DNA from: Dehalococcoidia bacterium
GTDB taxonomy: Bacteria; Chloroflexota; Dehalococcoidia; Lucifugimonadales; UBA3495
Length of the DNA: 64,000 nt
NCBI GenBank assembly: GCA_034420475.1
Contig: DAOULH010000025.1
Location: forward strand, 65,593-129,592
Direction: 5' to 3'
The position numbers and the translations under genes are program-made. This document shows positions 34,326-43,314 of this stretch, piece by piece; positions within the stretch are counted from its first letter, which is position 1; every line of letters begins with the position of its first letter. Under the pieces are notes generated by a model that was not told the origin of the DNA, did no database searches, and saw nothing but the letters and a program-made list of their open reading frames with translations.

Positions 34326-35711
34326 CTAGGCGACGGATTCCTCGTAGCGCGCCAACTCGTCGAACCGCATCAGGTTGTCACGGAAGTAGAGGTGAAAGCT
34401 CCCCGTGGGGCCGTGGCGATGCTTGGCAACGATCAGCTCCACCAGGTTGCGGGGGTAGGGCTGGCCGGGCGCGTGCTGCTCCCACTCTTCCTCGGTGAAG
34501 TTGCGGTCCTCCCGATAGAGGAAAGTCACTACGTCGGCGTCCTGCTCGATGCTGCCGCTGTCGCGCAGGTCGGAAAGCTGCGGGCGGTGGCCGGGGCGGT
34601 TTTCCACCACCCGGCTGAGCTGGGAACAGGTGAAAACCGGCACGTTCAGGTCCCGGGCCATGCCCTTGAGGGACCGGGAGATCTCGCTGATTTCCTGCAC
34701 CCGGTTCTCGCCATAACCCTGCCGCCGGCCGCCGCCCATGATCAGCTGGAGGTAATCGACCACCAGGAAGTCCAGCCCGTGTTCGAGTTGTAATCGTTGG
34801 GCTTTGCTCCGCATGTCCATGGTGGTCTGGAACGGCGTATCGTCGATGAAGATGGGAAGGCCGGAGAGCAAGCCCACCGCGTCGGAAATCACGTTCTGCT
34901 CAGCTTCCGACAGCAGGCCGAGTCGCAGGCGGTGGGAGTCGACCCCGGATTCGGCGACGAGCATCCGCATGGCCACCTGTTCGCGGCTCATTTCCAGGCT
35001 GAAGATGCCGCAGGTCTGGCCGGATTTCGCCGCGTTGGTGCAGATGTTGAGGGCCAGGCTGCTCTTGCCCAGGCCGGGGCGCGCGCCCACGATCAGCAGG
35101 TCGGACCGCTGCATCCCGCCCAGCAGGCTGTCGAAGTCGCTGTAGCCGCTTTGCAGGGGCGGTTCGTCGGTCAGCGACACGTCGCCGATGTCGCCTTGCA
35201 GGTAAACGTCCAAAATGGAGCTGAGCGGGATAAAGCCTCGGTCGTCGGCCGCGGGGCGCACTCCAAACAGGACCTCCACCGACTGGCGCATGGTCTCGTC
35301 CATGTCCGAGCTTTCATCGAAACCCAGCTCGGCGATGCGGTTTCCCGCTTGGATGATCCGCCGCTTGGCCGCGGTCTCGGCGACGATGGCGGCGTAGTGC
35401 TCGACGTTGACCGAGGTGGGGGTTCCGGCGATGAGCTGTCCCAGGTAGGGCAGCCCGCCCACCTGCTCCAGGCGTCCCTGGGTTTGCAGCTCGCGGGCGA
35501 CGGTGATCTGGTCGATGGCCTCCTGGCGGGAGAAAACCGCCAGGCAGGCGGCAAAGCAGAACTGGTGCCGGGCCCGGTGAAAGTCCTCGGGCTTGATCAC
35601 CGGGGTGACGCGATGCAGCGCGTCGCCGTCAATGAGCAACGCGCCCAGCACCGCCGCCTCGGCCTCAAGGTCGTGGGGCAATTGCCGTTCGCTGTACGGG
35701 TCGGCAACCAC
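34326..35711 (-). CDS. dnaB: replicative DNA helicase
   Basis: LPHDLEAEAAVLGALLID N-terminus; Walker A GARPGLGKSS; 461 aa. Confidence 0.95.
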   Translation of the reverse strand: MVADPYSERQLPHDLEAEAAVLGALLIDGDALHRVTPVIKPEDFHRARHQFCFAACLAVFSRQEAIDQITVARELQTQGRLEQVGGLPYLGQLIAGTPTSVNVEHYAAIVAETAAKRRIIQAGNRIAELGFDESSDMDETMRQSVEVLFGVRPAADDRGFIPLSSILDVYLQGDIGDVSLTDEPPLQSGYSDFDSLLGGMQRSDLLIVGARPGLGKSSLALNICTNAAKSGQTCGIFSLEMSREQVAMRMLVAESGVDSHRLRLGLLSEAEQNVISDAVGLLSGLPIFIDDTPFQTTMDMRSKAQRLQLEHGLDFLVVDYLQLIMGGGRRQGYGENRVQEISEISRSLKGMARDLNVPVFTCSQLSRVVENRPGHRPQLSDLRDSGSIEQDADVVTFLYREDRNFTEEEWEQHAPGQPYPRNLVELIVAKHRHGPTGSFHLYFRDNLMRFDELARYEESVA

Positions 35712-35779
35712 GGCGTACCGGTCCTTTTTCAGATAGCCGCAGCAACATGCGCTGCGACGAGTTGGCGGCTACAGGCGAA

Positions 35780-36229
35780 CTACTCTTCCACCGCCGCGAT
35801 GACGTTGATGGTCGCCCGGATCTCGCTGGAGAGGTTCAGCACGACCTCGTATTCGCCGGGCTCGCGGATGGGTTCGACGTTGTTGGTGATGCGGCGGTCG
35901 ATGTCGCGCTCCAGCATCTCGCCGATGGCGTCGGCGATGCCGATCCCGCTGATGGCTCCGTAGTAGCGTCCCGTGGGGGTGACGCGGCCCGGAATGGTGA
36001 CGGTGAGGTTGTCCAGCGCTTCGGCCAGTTCTTCCACGACCTGCGTTTCCCGCGCCCGCTGCTGATCGCCCTCAACCTTGATCTTGTCCAGGCGCTTCAT
36101 CGTCTCGTCGGTGGCGATTTCGGCCAGGCCCTTGGGCAGCAGGTAGTTGCGAGCGTAGCCGCGCGAAACGCGCTTGACCTCGCCGGCCCGCGCCTGGTCG
36201 GGAACGTCGTGCAGAAACAACATCATCAT
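35780..36229 (-). CDS. rplI: 50S ribosomal protein L9
   Basis: LFLHDVPDQARAGEVKRVSRGYARNYLLPKGLA; located upstream of dnaB as in many bacteria. Confidence 0.9.
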   Translation of the reverse strand: MMMLFLHDVPDQARAGEVKRVSRGYARNYLLPKGLAEIATDETMKRLDKIKVEGDQQRARETQVVEELAEALDNLTVTIPGRVTPTGRYYGAISGIGIADAIGEMLERDIDRRITNNVEPIREPGEYEVVLNLSSEIRATINVIAAVEE

Positions 36230-36367
36230 GGGGAGGGCCTCTCTGTGCTTGCGGCAGCCGGCAGCGGTTCGTCTGTACGCGCCGGCGTCCGCGAATTTTG
36301 GGGTTCAGTTCCAGTTTGACCATTATAGACCATCGGAGTTCCGGGCGGGACGAGCAGCTGTCACCGG

Positions 36368-36526
36368 GTAACTGTTCAGAATTCAGGAGGTTGTCATTGC
36401 GAGCGTAGCGCGGCAATCTCGTCAGTGCCGGAGAGTCCTTCGGGGCAGACGTTGCGGCTGCGACGTCGAGATTGCCACGGCGCAAGCGCCTCGCAATGAC
36501 ACTTTCCCGCAACCCTGAACAGTTAC
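36368..36526. repeat. palindromic intergenic repeat, subfamily 2, copy E (core 36393..36500)
   Basis: Outer inverted arms GTAACTGTTCAGAATTCAGGAGG / CCTGAACAGTTAC; core GTCATTGCGAGCGTAGCGCGGCAATCTCG ... CGAGATTGCCACGGCGCAAGCGCCTCGCAATGAC. Confidence 0.85.
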
Positions 36527-36624
36527 ATCACCGCAGATGCCGATCTGGCGCAGCGATCTCGTCGAGGCGCTCGGTGCGTTAGAATGGGCTGAGATCAACA
36601 CTGCGCCAATCCCGGAGGAACCTG

Positions 36625-37290
36625 ATGTCTTTCTGCGATGAGATCGAGCGAGAGTCCCAGCAACAACGCGACGCCATGGCGTTCCATCCGTTCGTGCAGG
36701 GTATCGGCGACGGGACGCTGCCGTTGGACCGGTTCAAGCACTTCATCACCCAGGACTACGTGTATCTCATCGACTTCGCCCGCGTCCTGGCCCTGGCCTC
36801 GGCCAAGGCCCCCGATCTGCCGGCCATGTCGTGGTTCGCCCGCGCAGTGGACTACATCCTGAACACCGAGATGGACCTGCACCGTTCGTACTGCGCCCAG
36901 TTCGGCATCACCGAGGCGGAACTGGACGCGACCCGGCACGCGCCGACCTGCTACTCGTACACCAGCTACCTGCTGCGCGTCGCCCACCAGGGAACCTTCG
37001 GTGAAGTGGTGGCGGCCGTGCTGCCCTGCATCTGGGGATACTGGCGCGTGGGCGAACGGTTGGCCGACCAGGGCCTCCCAGATCACGACGGCTACGCCCA
37101 GTGGATCGAGATGTACGCCGCCGCCGAGCAGCAGTCGGTGGCGGAAGAATGCCGCGCTATCTGCGACCGCATCGCCGCCACGGCCGGGCCCGCCGAGATC
37201 GCGGCGATGAAAGAGGCGTACATCACGTGCACGCGGTACGAGCAGGCTTTCTGGGAGATGGGCTGGACGCTGGAGGACTGGCCGGTTTAG
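36625..37290 (+). CDS. tenA: TenA family thiaminase II / aminopyrimidine aminohydrolase
   Basis: HPFVQGIGDGTLPLDRFKHFITQDYVYLIDFARVLALA and CIWGYWRVG are TenA-like motifs. Confidence 0.85.
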   Translation: MSFCDEIERESQQQRDAMAFHPFVQGIGDGTLPLDRFKHFITQDYVYLIDFARVLALASAKAPDLPAMSWFARAVDYILNTEMDLHRSYCAQFGITEAELDATRHAPTCYSYTSYLLRVAHQGTFGEVVAAVLPCIWGYWRVGERLADQGLPDHDGYAQWIEMYAAAEQQSVAEECRAICDRIAATAGPAEIAAMKEAYITCTRYEQAFWEMGWTLEDWPV

Positions 37291-37335
37291 CCGTCTCGCG
37301 GATCGGAACTAATCCTCCGGGACGGTTGATTGGCC

Positions 37336-37410
37336 TGGTCGGGGTGGGCAGATTCGAACTGCCGATCTCCTGCTCCCAAAGCAGGCGCCTTGCCGCTAGG
37401 CCACACCCCG
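37336..37410 (-). tRNA. tRNA-Pro (anticodon TGG)
   Basis: CGGGGTG acceptor / CACCCCG-A-CCA, anticodon loop TTTGGGA, T-arm GGCAGTTCGAATCTGCC; CCA is encoded. Confidence 0.9.
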
Positions 37411-37447
37411 ACGTCCTTGCCGCCATCAGCCCGGCGATCCGACAAAG

Positions 37448-37519
37448 TACCCCCGCGGAGACTCGAACTCCGGTCTCTGGCTCCGGAGGCCAGCACTCTA
37501 TCCACTGAGCTACGGGGGC
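37448..37519 (-). tRNA. tRNA-Arg (anticodon CCG)
   Basis: GCCCCCGTAGCTCAGTGGATAGAG..., anticodon loop CTCCGGA, T-arm CGGAGTTCGAGTCTCCG; no encoded CCA. Confidence 0.85.
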
Positions 37520-37636
37520 ACTTTCGATTGTAGCACAACTGCCCGGCGCGACAATTCGCGTTGCCGGATCAGTGATCATGCCGGCCGTATGCGAACCCGC
37601 CCAAGCTCCGGCTGGCCAGACCGGTGAGACGGTCAG

Positions 37637-37667
37637 CAAAAAACGGCCCACCAGCGTGAGCCGTTTC
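37637..37667 (-). terminator. intrinsic terminator after tRNA-Asp
   Basis: Minus strand reads AAACGGCTCAC-GCTG-GTGGGCCGTTT followed by TTTTG, starting 12 nt after the tRNA 3' end. Confidence 0.8.
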
Positions 37668-37678
37668 AAGAATTGCAA

Positions 37679-37754
37679 TGGCGACCCGGAGCGGATTCGA
37701 ACCGCCGATCTCTGCCTTGACAGGGCAGTATGTTAACCGCTACACCACCGGGCC
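37679..37754 (-). tRNA. tRNA-Asp (anticodon GTC)
   Basis: GGCCCGGTGGTGTAGCGGTTAACAT..., anticodon loop CTGTCAA, T-arm GGCGGTTCGAATCCGCT; CCA is encoded. Confidence 0.9.
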
Positions 37755-37831
37755 ACAAAACACGCGAGATCCTCGCGTGTGCAATTATTGTAGTCAGCAG
37801 CCCTTGGTATTGTCAAACAGATTTCCAAACT

Positions 37832-38060
37832 GTAAGTGTTCAGAATCCAGGAGGTTGTCATTGCGAGGCGCTTGCGCCGTGGCAATCTCGACGCCGCAGC
37901 CGCAATGTCTGCCCCAACGGACTCCCCTACGCCAACGAGATTGCCGCGTTGCGCTCGCAATGACAAGGGTAGGGCGCTCGCAATGACGAGGGTGGGGCAC
38001 TCGCAATGACAAGGGTGGGGCGCTCGCAATGACCCTTTCCCTGCAAGCCTGAACAGTTAC
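37832..38060. repeat. palindromic intergenic repeat, subfamily 2, copy F (inverted relative to E) with internal tandem expansion
   Basis: GTAAGTGTTCAGAATCCAGGAGG ... GTCATTGCGAGGCGCTTGCGCCGTGGCAATCTCG ... CGAGATTGCCGCGTTGCGCTCGCAATGAC ... CCTGAACAGTTAC. Confidence 0.85.
37951..38033. repeat. 23-nt tandem repeat (about 3.6 units) of the right arm of repeat copy F
   Basis: CTCGCAATGAC recurs ending at 37964, 37987, 38010 and 38033; the unit is (A/G)AGGGT(A/G)GGGC(G/A)CTCGCAATGAC. Confidence 0.85.
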
Positions 38061-38147
38061 TCCAAACTTGTGGATATGCCCCAGCCAATCGACCGCGCCG
38101 ATGGCCGGCTATAATTGCCGGAACCGATAACCAACAGGAGGAACCCC

Positions 38148-38672
38148 TTGATTCGCAGCATTGACGGCAAGTCGCCGCAAATCCACCCCAGCGTGTTCGT
38201 CAGCGAGGCCGCGTATATCGTCGGCGACGTGATAATCGGCGAGGGGACCAGCATCTGGCCGGGCGCGGTGATACGGGCCGACTATGGCCAGATCGTCATC
38301 GGCAAGAACTGCTCAATCCAGGACAACTGCGTCCTGCACACCGACGACTACCTGGAACTGGGCGACAATGTGCTGATGACCCACGGCGCGGTAATCCACG
38401 GCGGCATCGTCGGCAACAACGTGATGGTCGGGGTCAACGCCGTTTGCTTGGAGGACTGCAAGGTGGGTGACTACGTGCTCATCGGCGCCGGCGCCATCGT
38501 CACCGGAACGCCCATCCCCAACGAATCGCTGGTAGTCGGCGTGCCCGGCCGGATCCGGGAACTGCCCGAGGTGCACCGCAAGCGGCTGGAGAACCCGACG
38601 GCGCGCTACCAGGAAAACGGCCGGCGCTTCATCGCCGCCGGGCTGGGTCTGCAGATCCCCGAATCAGACTGA
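38148..38672 (+). CDS. gamma-class carbonic anhydrase family / hexapeptide-repeat protein
   Basis: IRSIDGKSPQIHPSVFVSEAAYIVGDVIIGEGTSIWPGAVIRAD; TTG start at 38148 lies 4 nt after AGGAGGAA. The ORF-track start at 38115 is also TTG. Confidence 0.85.
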   Translation: MIRSIDGKSPQIHPSVFVSEAAYIVGDVIIGEGTSIWPGAVIRADYGQIVIGKNCSIQDNCVLHTDDYLELGDNVLMTHGAVIHGGIVGNNVMVGVNAVCLEDCKVGDYVLIGAGAIVTGTPIPNESLVVGVPGRIRELPEVHRKRLENPTARYQENGRRFIAAGLGLQIPESD

Positions 38673-38709
38673 GCCTCCGCCAATGGCGAGGGCCGGCGAA
38701 TACCTGACG

Positions 38710-41700
38710 CTATCCGGCCTTCGCCGGGTACTCCGTGCAGCTTTCGTCCTGGAGCAGCAGGTCCTGGACGCGCTGCTGGAGTTCGTCGCAGACCGCCGTT
38801 GACACGGTGGGGATCTCCATCAGGACCTTGCGCCCTTCCTTGAGGTTGAGCTCCAGGTAAACCTTGTCCTCGCCCGTGTACTCCAGCATGACCCGGATGG
38901 CCTGCCGCAGCCGGTACCGGTCCTCGTCCGGCTGGTCGGTCTCCATCATCCGGATCAGGACTCCAGCTTCCCGGTGTCCGTTGGTCGGAGCGGGCGCCTC
39001 CGGGGAAGGAGTTGGCCGGTTCCCGTTGGACCGAGCCGGCTTGGGCGGAGCGCTTGTACCCGCCGGCGCCGGCTTGCCGGCGGGTTTGGGCTCAGGCTCA
39101 GCCGCGGGCGCCATCGGAGCGTTCTCCGGAAGCTGGAACTCCTGCGCGTCGTAGCAGGCGATGGAGAAGTCGTCCCCGCGGATCTGGAGCCGTCCCGTGA
39201 CCCGGGCCACTCGACCCGTCTGCCAGACATGAGCGGTCTTTTCCAGCGAGTCGGGCCAGACCATAGCCTCAACCTGCCCGCCCACCATGGCCAGGTCAAC
39301 ACGCAGGAACTTTCGGTTGTCGCGCGTGTACCGTTCGGTGACGCCGGCGATATGCCCCAGCAGCGTTACCGTGCTGCTGATCATCTCCTCGTCCAACTGG
39401 TCCACCGAGTTGTAGGCGTCGCCCGGGCTGATGGCAGCCAGGGCCAGCAGCGGGTTGTAGGACAGCGCAACCCCGAGGTACTCCTTTTCCAGGTTGGCTT
39501 TTTCCTGCGGGGTGTAATCGGCGTGGGACGTGTCCAGTTCCAGCAATGTGCCGCCGGCGCCGCTGTCCATCTCTTCTCCGAACATGCCGACCTGCCCGGA
39601 GTTGCGGTTTCGCGTTTCCTGCTGCGCCAGCGCCCAGATGCGGTCCAGGTTGCCCATCACGGTGGCCCGCGGCACCAGGGAGTCGAAGGCCCCGGCCTTG
39701 GCCAGCCCCTCCAGGGTGCGGCGGTTCAGACCCGACACGTCCACCCGCCGGCAGAAGTCGGTGATTGAAGCATAGGGGCCCTTGGCAACGCGCTCGGTCA
39801 CAATGGGCGTGATGGCCGCCTCGCCGACGGTCTTGATCGCGGCCAGGCCGATGCGGAGCTTGCCGCTTTGCGCCCGGTCCGTTGGCGTGTCGATGGTGTA
39901 ATGGATGCCGGAGCGGTTCACGTCGGGCAACTCGATCCCGATGCCCATGCGCGTGCACTCGTTGATCGACGCGACGTAGCGGTCGCCGTGATCCAGGCGG
40001 CAGTTGAGCACCGAGGCCATGTACTCCAGCGGGTAATGGGTCTTGAAGTAGGCGGTCCAGTAGGAGATCAACCCGTAGCTCACGCTGTGGGCCTTGTTGA
40101 AGGCGTACCCGGCGAAGGGCTCGATCAGGTTGAAGATCTCCGCGCCCATCTGCTCGGAGTAGCCTTTCTGCACCGCGCCGGACACGAATCGTTCTCGCTC
40201 CTCGGCCATCAACTCCGGTATCTTTTTCCCCATGGCCTTGCGGACGGTGTCGGCTTCGCCCAGGGAATAGCCGGCGAAGTTCTGCAGCACGTGCAGCACC
40301 TGGTCCTGGTACACGATGACGCCGTAGGTCTCATCCAGCAGTTCCTTCATGCTGGGATGGGGGTAGGTGACCTGCTCCCGGCCGTGCTTGGAACGGATGA
40401 AACGGTCGATGTGCTCCATTGGGCCGGGGCGGTAGAGGGCGATCATCGCGGCGATGTCGCCCAGGTCGGAGGGTTTCAGTTCCTTGATGTACCGCTGCAT
40501 CCCGGCGCTTTCCAGCTGGAACAGGTCGGTGGTGTTGCCGGTGCCCAGCAGATCGTAGGTGGCTTCGTCGTCCAGCGTGAGCCGGCTCAGGTCGATGCGG
40601 ATGCCCCGTTCCTCGTCCAGCAACTTGATGGTCCGGTCCAGGATGGTGAGGTTGGTGAGGCCCAGGAAGTCCATCTTGAGCAGGCCCAGCTTGGCCACCG
40701 GGTCCATGGAGTACTGGGTCATCATCACCGGGCTGCTCTCGTCACCGCGGGAGGGACGTTGCAGCGGGACGGTTTCGGTCAGCGGCTCGTCGGCGATCAG
40801 CACGCCCGCGGCGTGGGTGCTGACGTGGTGGACGATGCCCTCCAGGGCCTGGGCGTTGTCCACCAGTTCCCGGATCGCGGCGTCACGCACGTAGGTGTCC
40901 GCCATTTCCTGGTTGGCCGTCATGGCGTCCGAGATCGTGCGGGACTTGAAGGGGACCATCCGGGCGATGCGGTCGACGTCGCCGTAGCTCATGCCCAGAC
41001 CCCGGCCCACGTCACGCAGGGCGGCCTTGGGCCCCAGGGTTCCGAAGGTGATGATCTGGGCCACCCGGTCACTGCCGTAGCGGTCGATGACGTAGCGCAG
41101 CACCTCGTCCCGCCGGTCGTCCTGGAAGTCCATGTCGATGTCGGGCATTTCCTTGCGCTCGAAATTCAGGAAACGCTCGAACACCAGGTTGTACCGCATG
41201 GGGTCGATGTCGGTGATCCCCAGGCAGTACAGCACCACGCTGGCGGCGGCGCTCCCCCGCACGCCGAAGAGGATCTGCTGCTTGCGGACGAAGGAGATGA
41301 TGTCCCACACCACCAGGAAGTAGTTGGCGAAGCTGGTCTGACGCACTACCTCCAGCTCGTACTCCATGCGGGCGCGGGCGTCGTCGTTGTTGATCCCGTA
41401 CCGCAGGTTGAAACCCTCCCAGCAGATGCGTTCCAGGTAGGCGTCGGCATCCTCGTTGTTCGGCGTCGGATACCGGGGCAGGTGCATCTGCCCGAATCCC
41501 AGCGAAACGTTGCATTGCTGGGCCACCTCGCCGGTGATGTCCACGGCCTGCGGGAAATCGTGGAACAGCGCGGCCATCTCGTCGGCGGACCGGATGTAGT
41601 AGGAAGAGTCCTCCATCCGCAAGCGGTTGCCGTCCATCACGTTGGTGCCCGTCTGGATGCAGATGTACACGTCCTGGTACTGGTAATCGGACTGGCGAAC

Positions 41701-42318
41701 GTAGTGGGCGTCGTTAGTGACCAATAGTGGCACGCCGGTCTCCCGGTTCAATCGCGCCAGCCCGTCGTTGATCCGGGGCAACTGCTCGATGTGCTCGTGC
41801 CGCTGCAACTCCAGGAAATAATTCTCGCCGAAGAGTTCGCGATACCAGCCGACCATTTGCTTCGCATCCTGGAAATTGCCGTCGGCCAGCAGGGTGGGCA
41901 CCTCGGCGGAAGGGCACCCGGAGAGGCAGATCAGACCCTGCCGGTGCCGCTCGATCAGTTCCTTGTCAATGCGCGGGCGGTAGTGGAAGCCCTCCAGGTG
42001 GGAGAGGGTCACCAGTTGCAGCAGGTTGCGGTAGCCGGCGTTGTCCTTGGCGATGAGCACCAGGTGGTTGGCGGTGCGCTCGTTGGGAGTGCGGTCGTGG
42101 CGGCTGCCGTGGGCAACGTAGAACTCGCACCCGATGATGGGCTTGATGCCGGCGTCCTTGCACTCGGAGTAGAAATCGACCACGCCGTAAAGCGAACCGT
42201 GGTCGGTGATGCTCATGGCGTCCATGCCCAGCTCGCGGGTCCGGTTCACCAGGTCCGGGATGCGGCTGATGCCATCAAGCATGCTGTATTCGGTGTGAGT
42301 ATGCAGGTGAGTGAACAC
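38710..42318 (-). CDS. dnaE: DNA polymerase III subunit alpha
   Basis: MFTHLHTHTEYSMLDG PHP domain start; 1202 aa; collinear polymerase core, HhH, OB and C-terminal domain. Confidence 0.95.
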   Translation of the reverse strand: MFTHLHTHTEYSMLDGISRIPDLVNRTRELGMDAMSITDHGSLYGVVDFYSECKDAGIKPIIGCEFYVAHGSRHDRTPNERTANHLVLIAKDNAGYRNLLQLVTLSHLEGFHYRPRIDKELIERHRQGLICLSGCPSAEVPTLLADGNFQDAKQMVGWYRELFGENYFLELQRHEHIEQLPRINDGLARLNRETGVPLLVTNDAHYVRQSDYQYQDVYICIQTGTNVMDGNRLRMEDSSYYIRSADEMAALFHDFPQAVDITGEVAQQCNVSLGFGQMHLPRYPTPNNEDADAYLERICWEGFNLRYGINNDDARARMEYELEVVRQTSFANYFLVVWDIISFVRKQQILFGVRGSAAASVVLYCLGITDIDPMRYNLVFERFLNFERKEMPDIDMDFQDDRRDEVLRYVIDRYGSDRVAQIITFGTLGPKAALRDVGRGLGMSYGDVDRIARMVPFKSRTISDAMTANQEMADTYVRDAAIRELVDNAQALEGIVHHVSTHAAGVLIADEPLTETVPLQRPSRGDESSPVMMTQYSMDPVAKLGLLKMDFLGLTNLTILDRTIKLLDEERGIRIDLSRLTLDDEATYDLLGTGNTTDLFQLESAGMQRYIKELKPSDLGDIAAMIALYRPGPMEHIDRFIRSKHGREQVTYPHPSMKELLDETYGVIVYQDQVLHVLQNFAGYSLGEADTVRKAMGKKIPELMAEERERFVSGAVQKGYSEQMGAEIFNLIEPFAGYAFNKAHSVSYGLISYWTAYFKTHYPLEYMASVLNCRLDHGDRYVASINECTRMGIGIELPDVNRSGIHYTIDTPTDRAQSGKLRIGLAAIKTVGEAAITPIVTERVAKGPYASITDFCRRVDVSGLNRRTLEGLAKAGAFDSLVPRATVMGNLDRIWALAQQETRNRNSGQVGMFGEEMDSGAGGTLLELDTSHADYTPQEKANLEKEYLGVALSYNPLLALAAISPGDAYNSVDQLDEEMISSTVTLLGHIAGVTERYTRDNRKFLRVDLAMVGGQVEAMVWPDSLEKTAHVWQTGRVARVTGRLQIRGDDFSIACYDAQEFQLPENAPMAPAAEPEPKPAGKPAPAGTSAPPKPARSNGNRPTPSPEAPAPTNGHREAGVLIRMMETDQPDEDRYRLRQAIRVMLEYTGEDKVYLELNLKEGRKVLMEIPTVSTAVCDELQQRVQDLLLQDESCTEYPAKAG

Positions 42319-42508
42319 GATCAGCGAACCCGTTATCGGTCAAGGATGCAAAATATGGTGGCTCGGAAATGATAGCAGGGGACGGTTCTCCGCGCCATTA
42401 CCCGGAGCGATTGCCGCGACTCCCCGGGGCTTCGCGTCGCGGGGTTAATTTATGGACCGCCGCAGCGATGAGCGGCGAGCCGATGCTGAACCGCAGCCCT
42501 GGCGGGAC

Positions 42509-42949
42509 CTACCCCGGAGTTTGACGGGCGAGGTCGGCAACGCGGGCTACGGTGGAGAGGGGTGGAATGACGCCGGGCGGGGTTGGCGTGTTGGCAACCC
42601 GGAGCAGCTCTGCTATCGGGATGCGGAGGTGTCGGTGCAGGGCCTCGGCCATCGCCAGCGTCATCTCCTGTTCGCCGGCCAGCAACTCTTCAATGTTGCC
42701 CTGGTCGCCCAGCAGTTGATTGATAGCCTGCACCGTCCAGCCCTTTTCCTCAACCCAGAACCTGATGAGCGCCCGGCCTTCGGGCACAGGCATCGGTATG
42801 TTGCGGTATTCGTAGAGCAGAACCAGATCGACCAGGAGGTCAAGCTCCTCATCCTCCGGGGTATCAGGTTCGGCATCCATCAGAATTTCAATGCGAGCCA
42901 GAGCCGCTTCATATTCCTCTTCGGTCCGGACTGGCTTGATATTACACAT
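42509..42949 (-). CDS. higA: HigA-family antitoxin (HTH)
   Basis: IKPVRTEEEYEAALARIEILMDAEPDTPEDEELDLLVDLVLLYE plus C-terminal HTH; 3 nt downstream of higB. Confidence 0.8.
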   Translation of the reverse strand: MCNIKPVRTEEEYEAALARIEILMDAEPDTPEDEELDLLVDLVLLYEYRNIPMPVPEGRALIRFWVEEKGWTVQAINQLLGDQGNIEELLAGEQEMTLAMAEALHRHLRIPIAELLRVANTPTPPGVIPPLSTVARVADLARQTPG

Positions 42950-42952
42950 TCC

Positions 42953-43246
42953 TCAAACCTCCGCGGCATTGATACGGTCGTACTCGGCGTGGGTGCCGAT
43001 AAAGCGGATGTAAACTGCTCGCCGCCTGTAGTTGATGTTGACCACCAGCCGATAGTCGTTGCCTTTGATGTTGAACACCACCCGGTTACCAGCAATGATA
43101 CTGGCGCTGGCAAATTGAGCCCTCACTGCTGCTGGCGTGTCCCAGTTTGCATCGTCCGCATCCTGATACCAACTGCGCAAGGGCCGTTCTGCATCAGCAT
43201 GGCGTTCCCAAAACTCCCGCAGTGTCCTCTTGGAGAAGACCCTCAT
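42953..43246 (-). CDS. higB: HigB-family toxin
   Basis: MRVFSKRTLREFWERHADAERPLRSWY...VFNIKGNDYRLVVNINYRRRAVYIRFIGTHAEYDRI. Confidence 0.85.
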   Translation of the reverse strand: MRVFSKRTLREFWERHADAERPLRSWYQDADDANWDTPAAVRAQFASASIIAGNRVVFNIKGNDYRLVVNINYRRRAVYIRFIGTHAEYDRINAAEV

Positions 43247-43314
43247 CGCAGCGCTCGGTTCCAGTCACTGGAATTTCATAGTGCCATATCTACTCACTTC
43301 GGTTCTCCGTGCGA

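Noticed and set aside
36531-36627. TPP riboswitch upstream of tenA, based on CTGAGA and AACCTGAT motifs
   Set aside because: The two motifs are about 26 nt apart instead of about 12. The second overlaps the start codon, and the 3' half of the aptamer (pyrophosphate-sensor helix, GCGTAGGGA) is absent, so this is likely coincidence.
37336-37754. Possible tRNA-Sec among the tRNA cluster (and tRNA at 50060..50135)
   Set aside because: The anticodons read TGG, CCG, GTC and TTT. None is TCA, and none has the long variable arm or 8-bp acceptor stem of tRNA-Sec.
37951-38033. CRISPR-like periodicity
   Set aside because: The period is only 23 nt with no unique spacers, the units are contiguous copies of a repeat arm, and no cas genes are in the window.
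38710-39150. Unusual C-terminal extension of DnaE (Pro-rich linker plus ~90-aa domain)
   Set aside because: Many DnaE proteins end with a small domain of this pattern after the OB fold. Only the Pro/Ala-rich linker is a little long, so it is not considered anomalous.
39868-41727. 619-aa plus-strand ORF inside dnaE
   Set aside because: It is antisense to an unmistakable DNA polymerase III alpha gene, and its composition rich in Val, Gly, His, Asp and Ala is typical of shadow ORFs.
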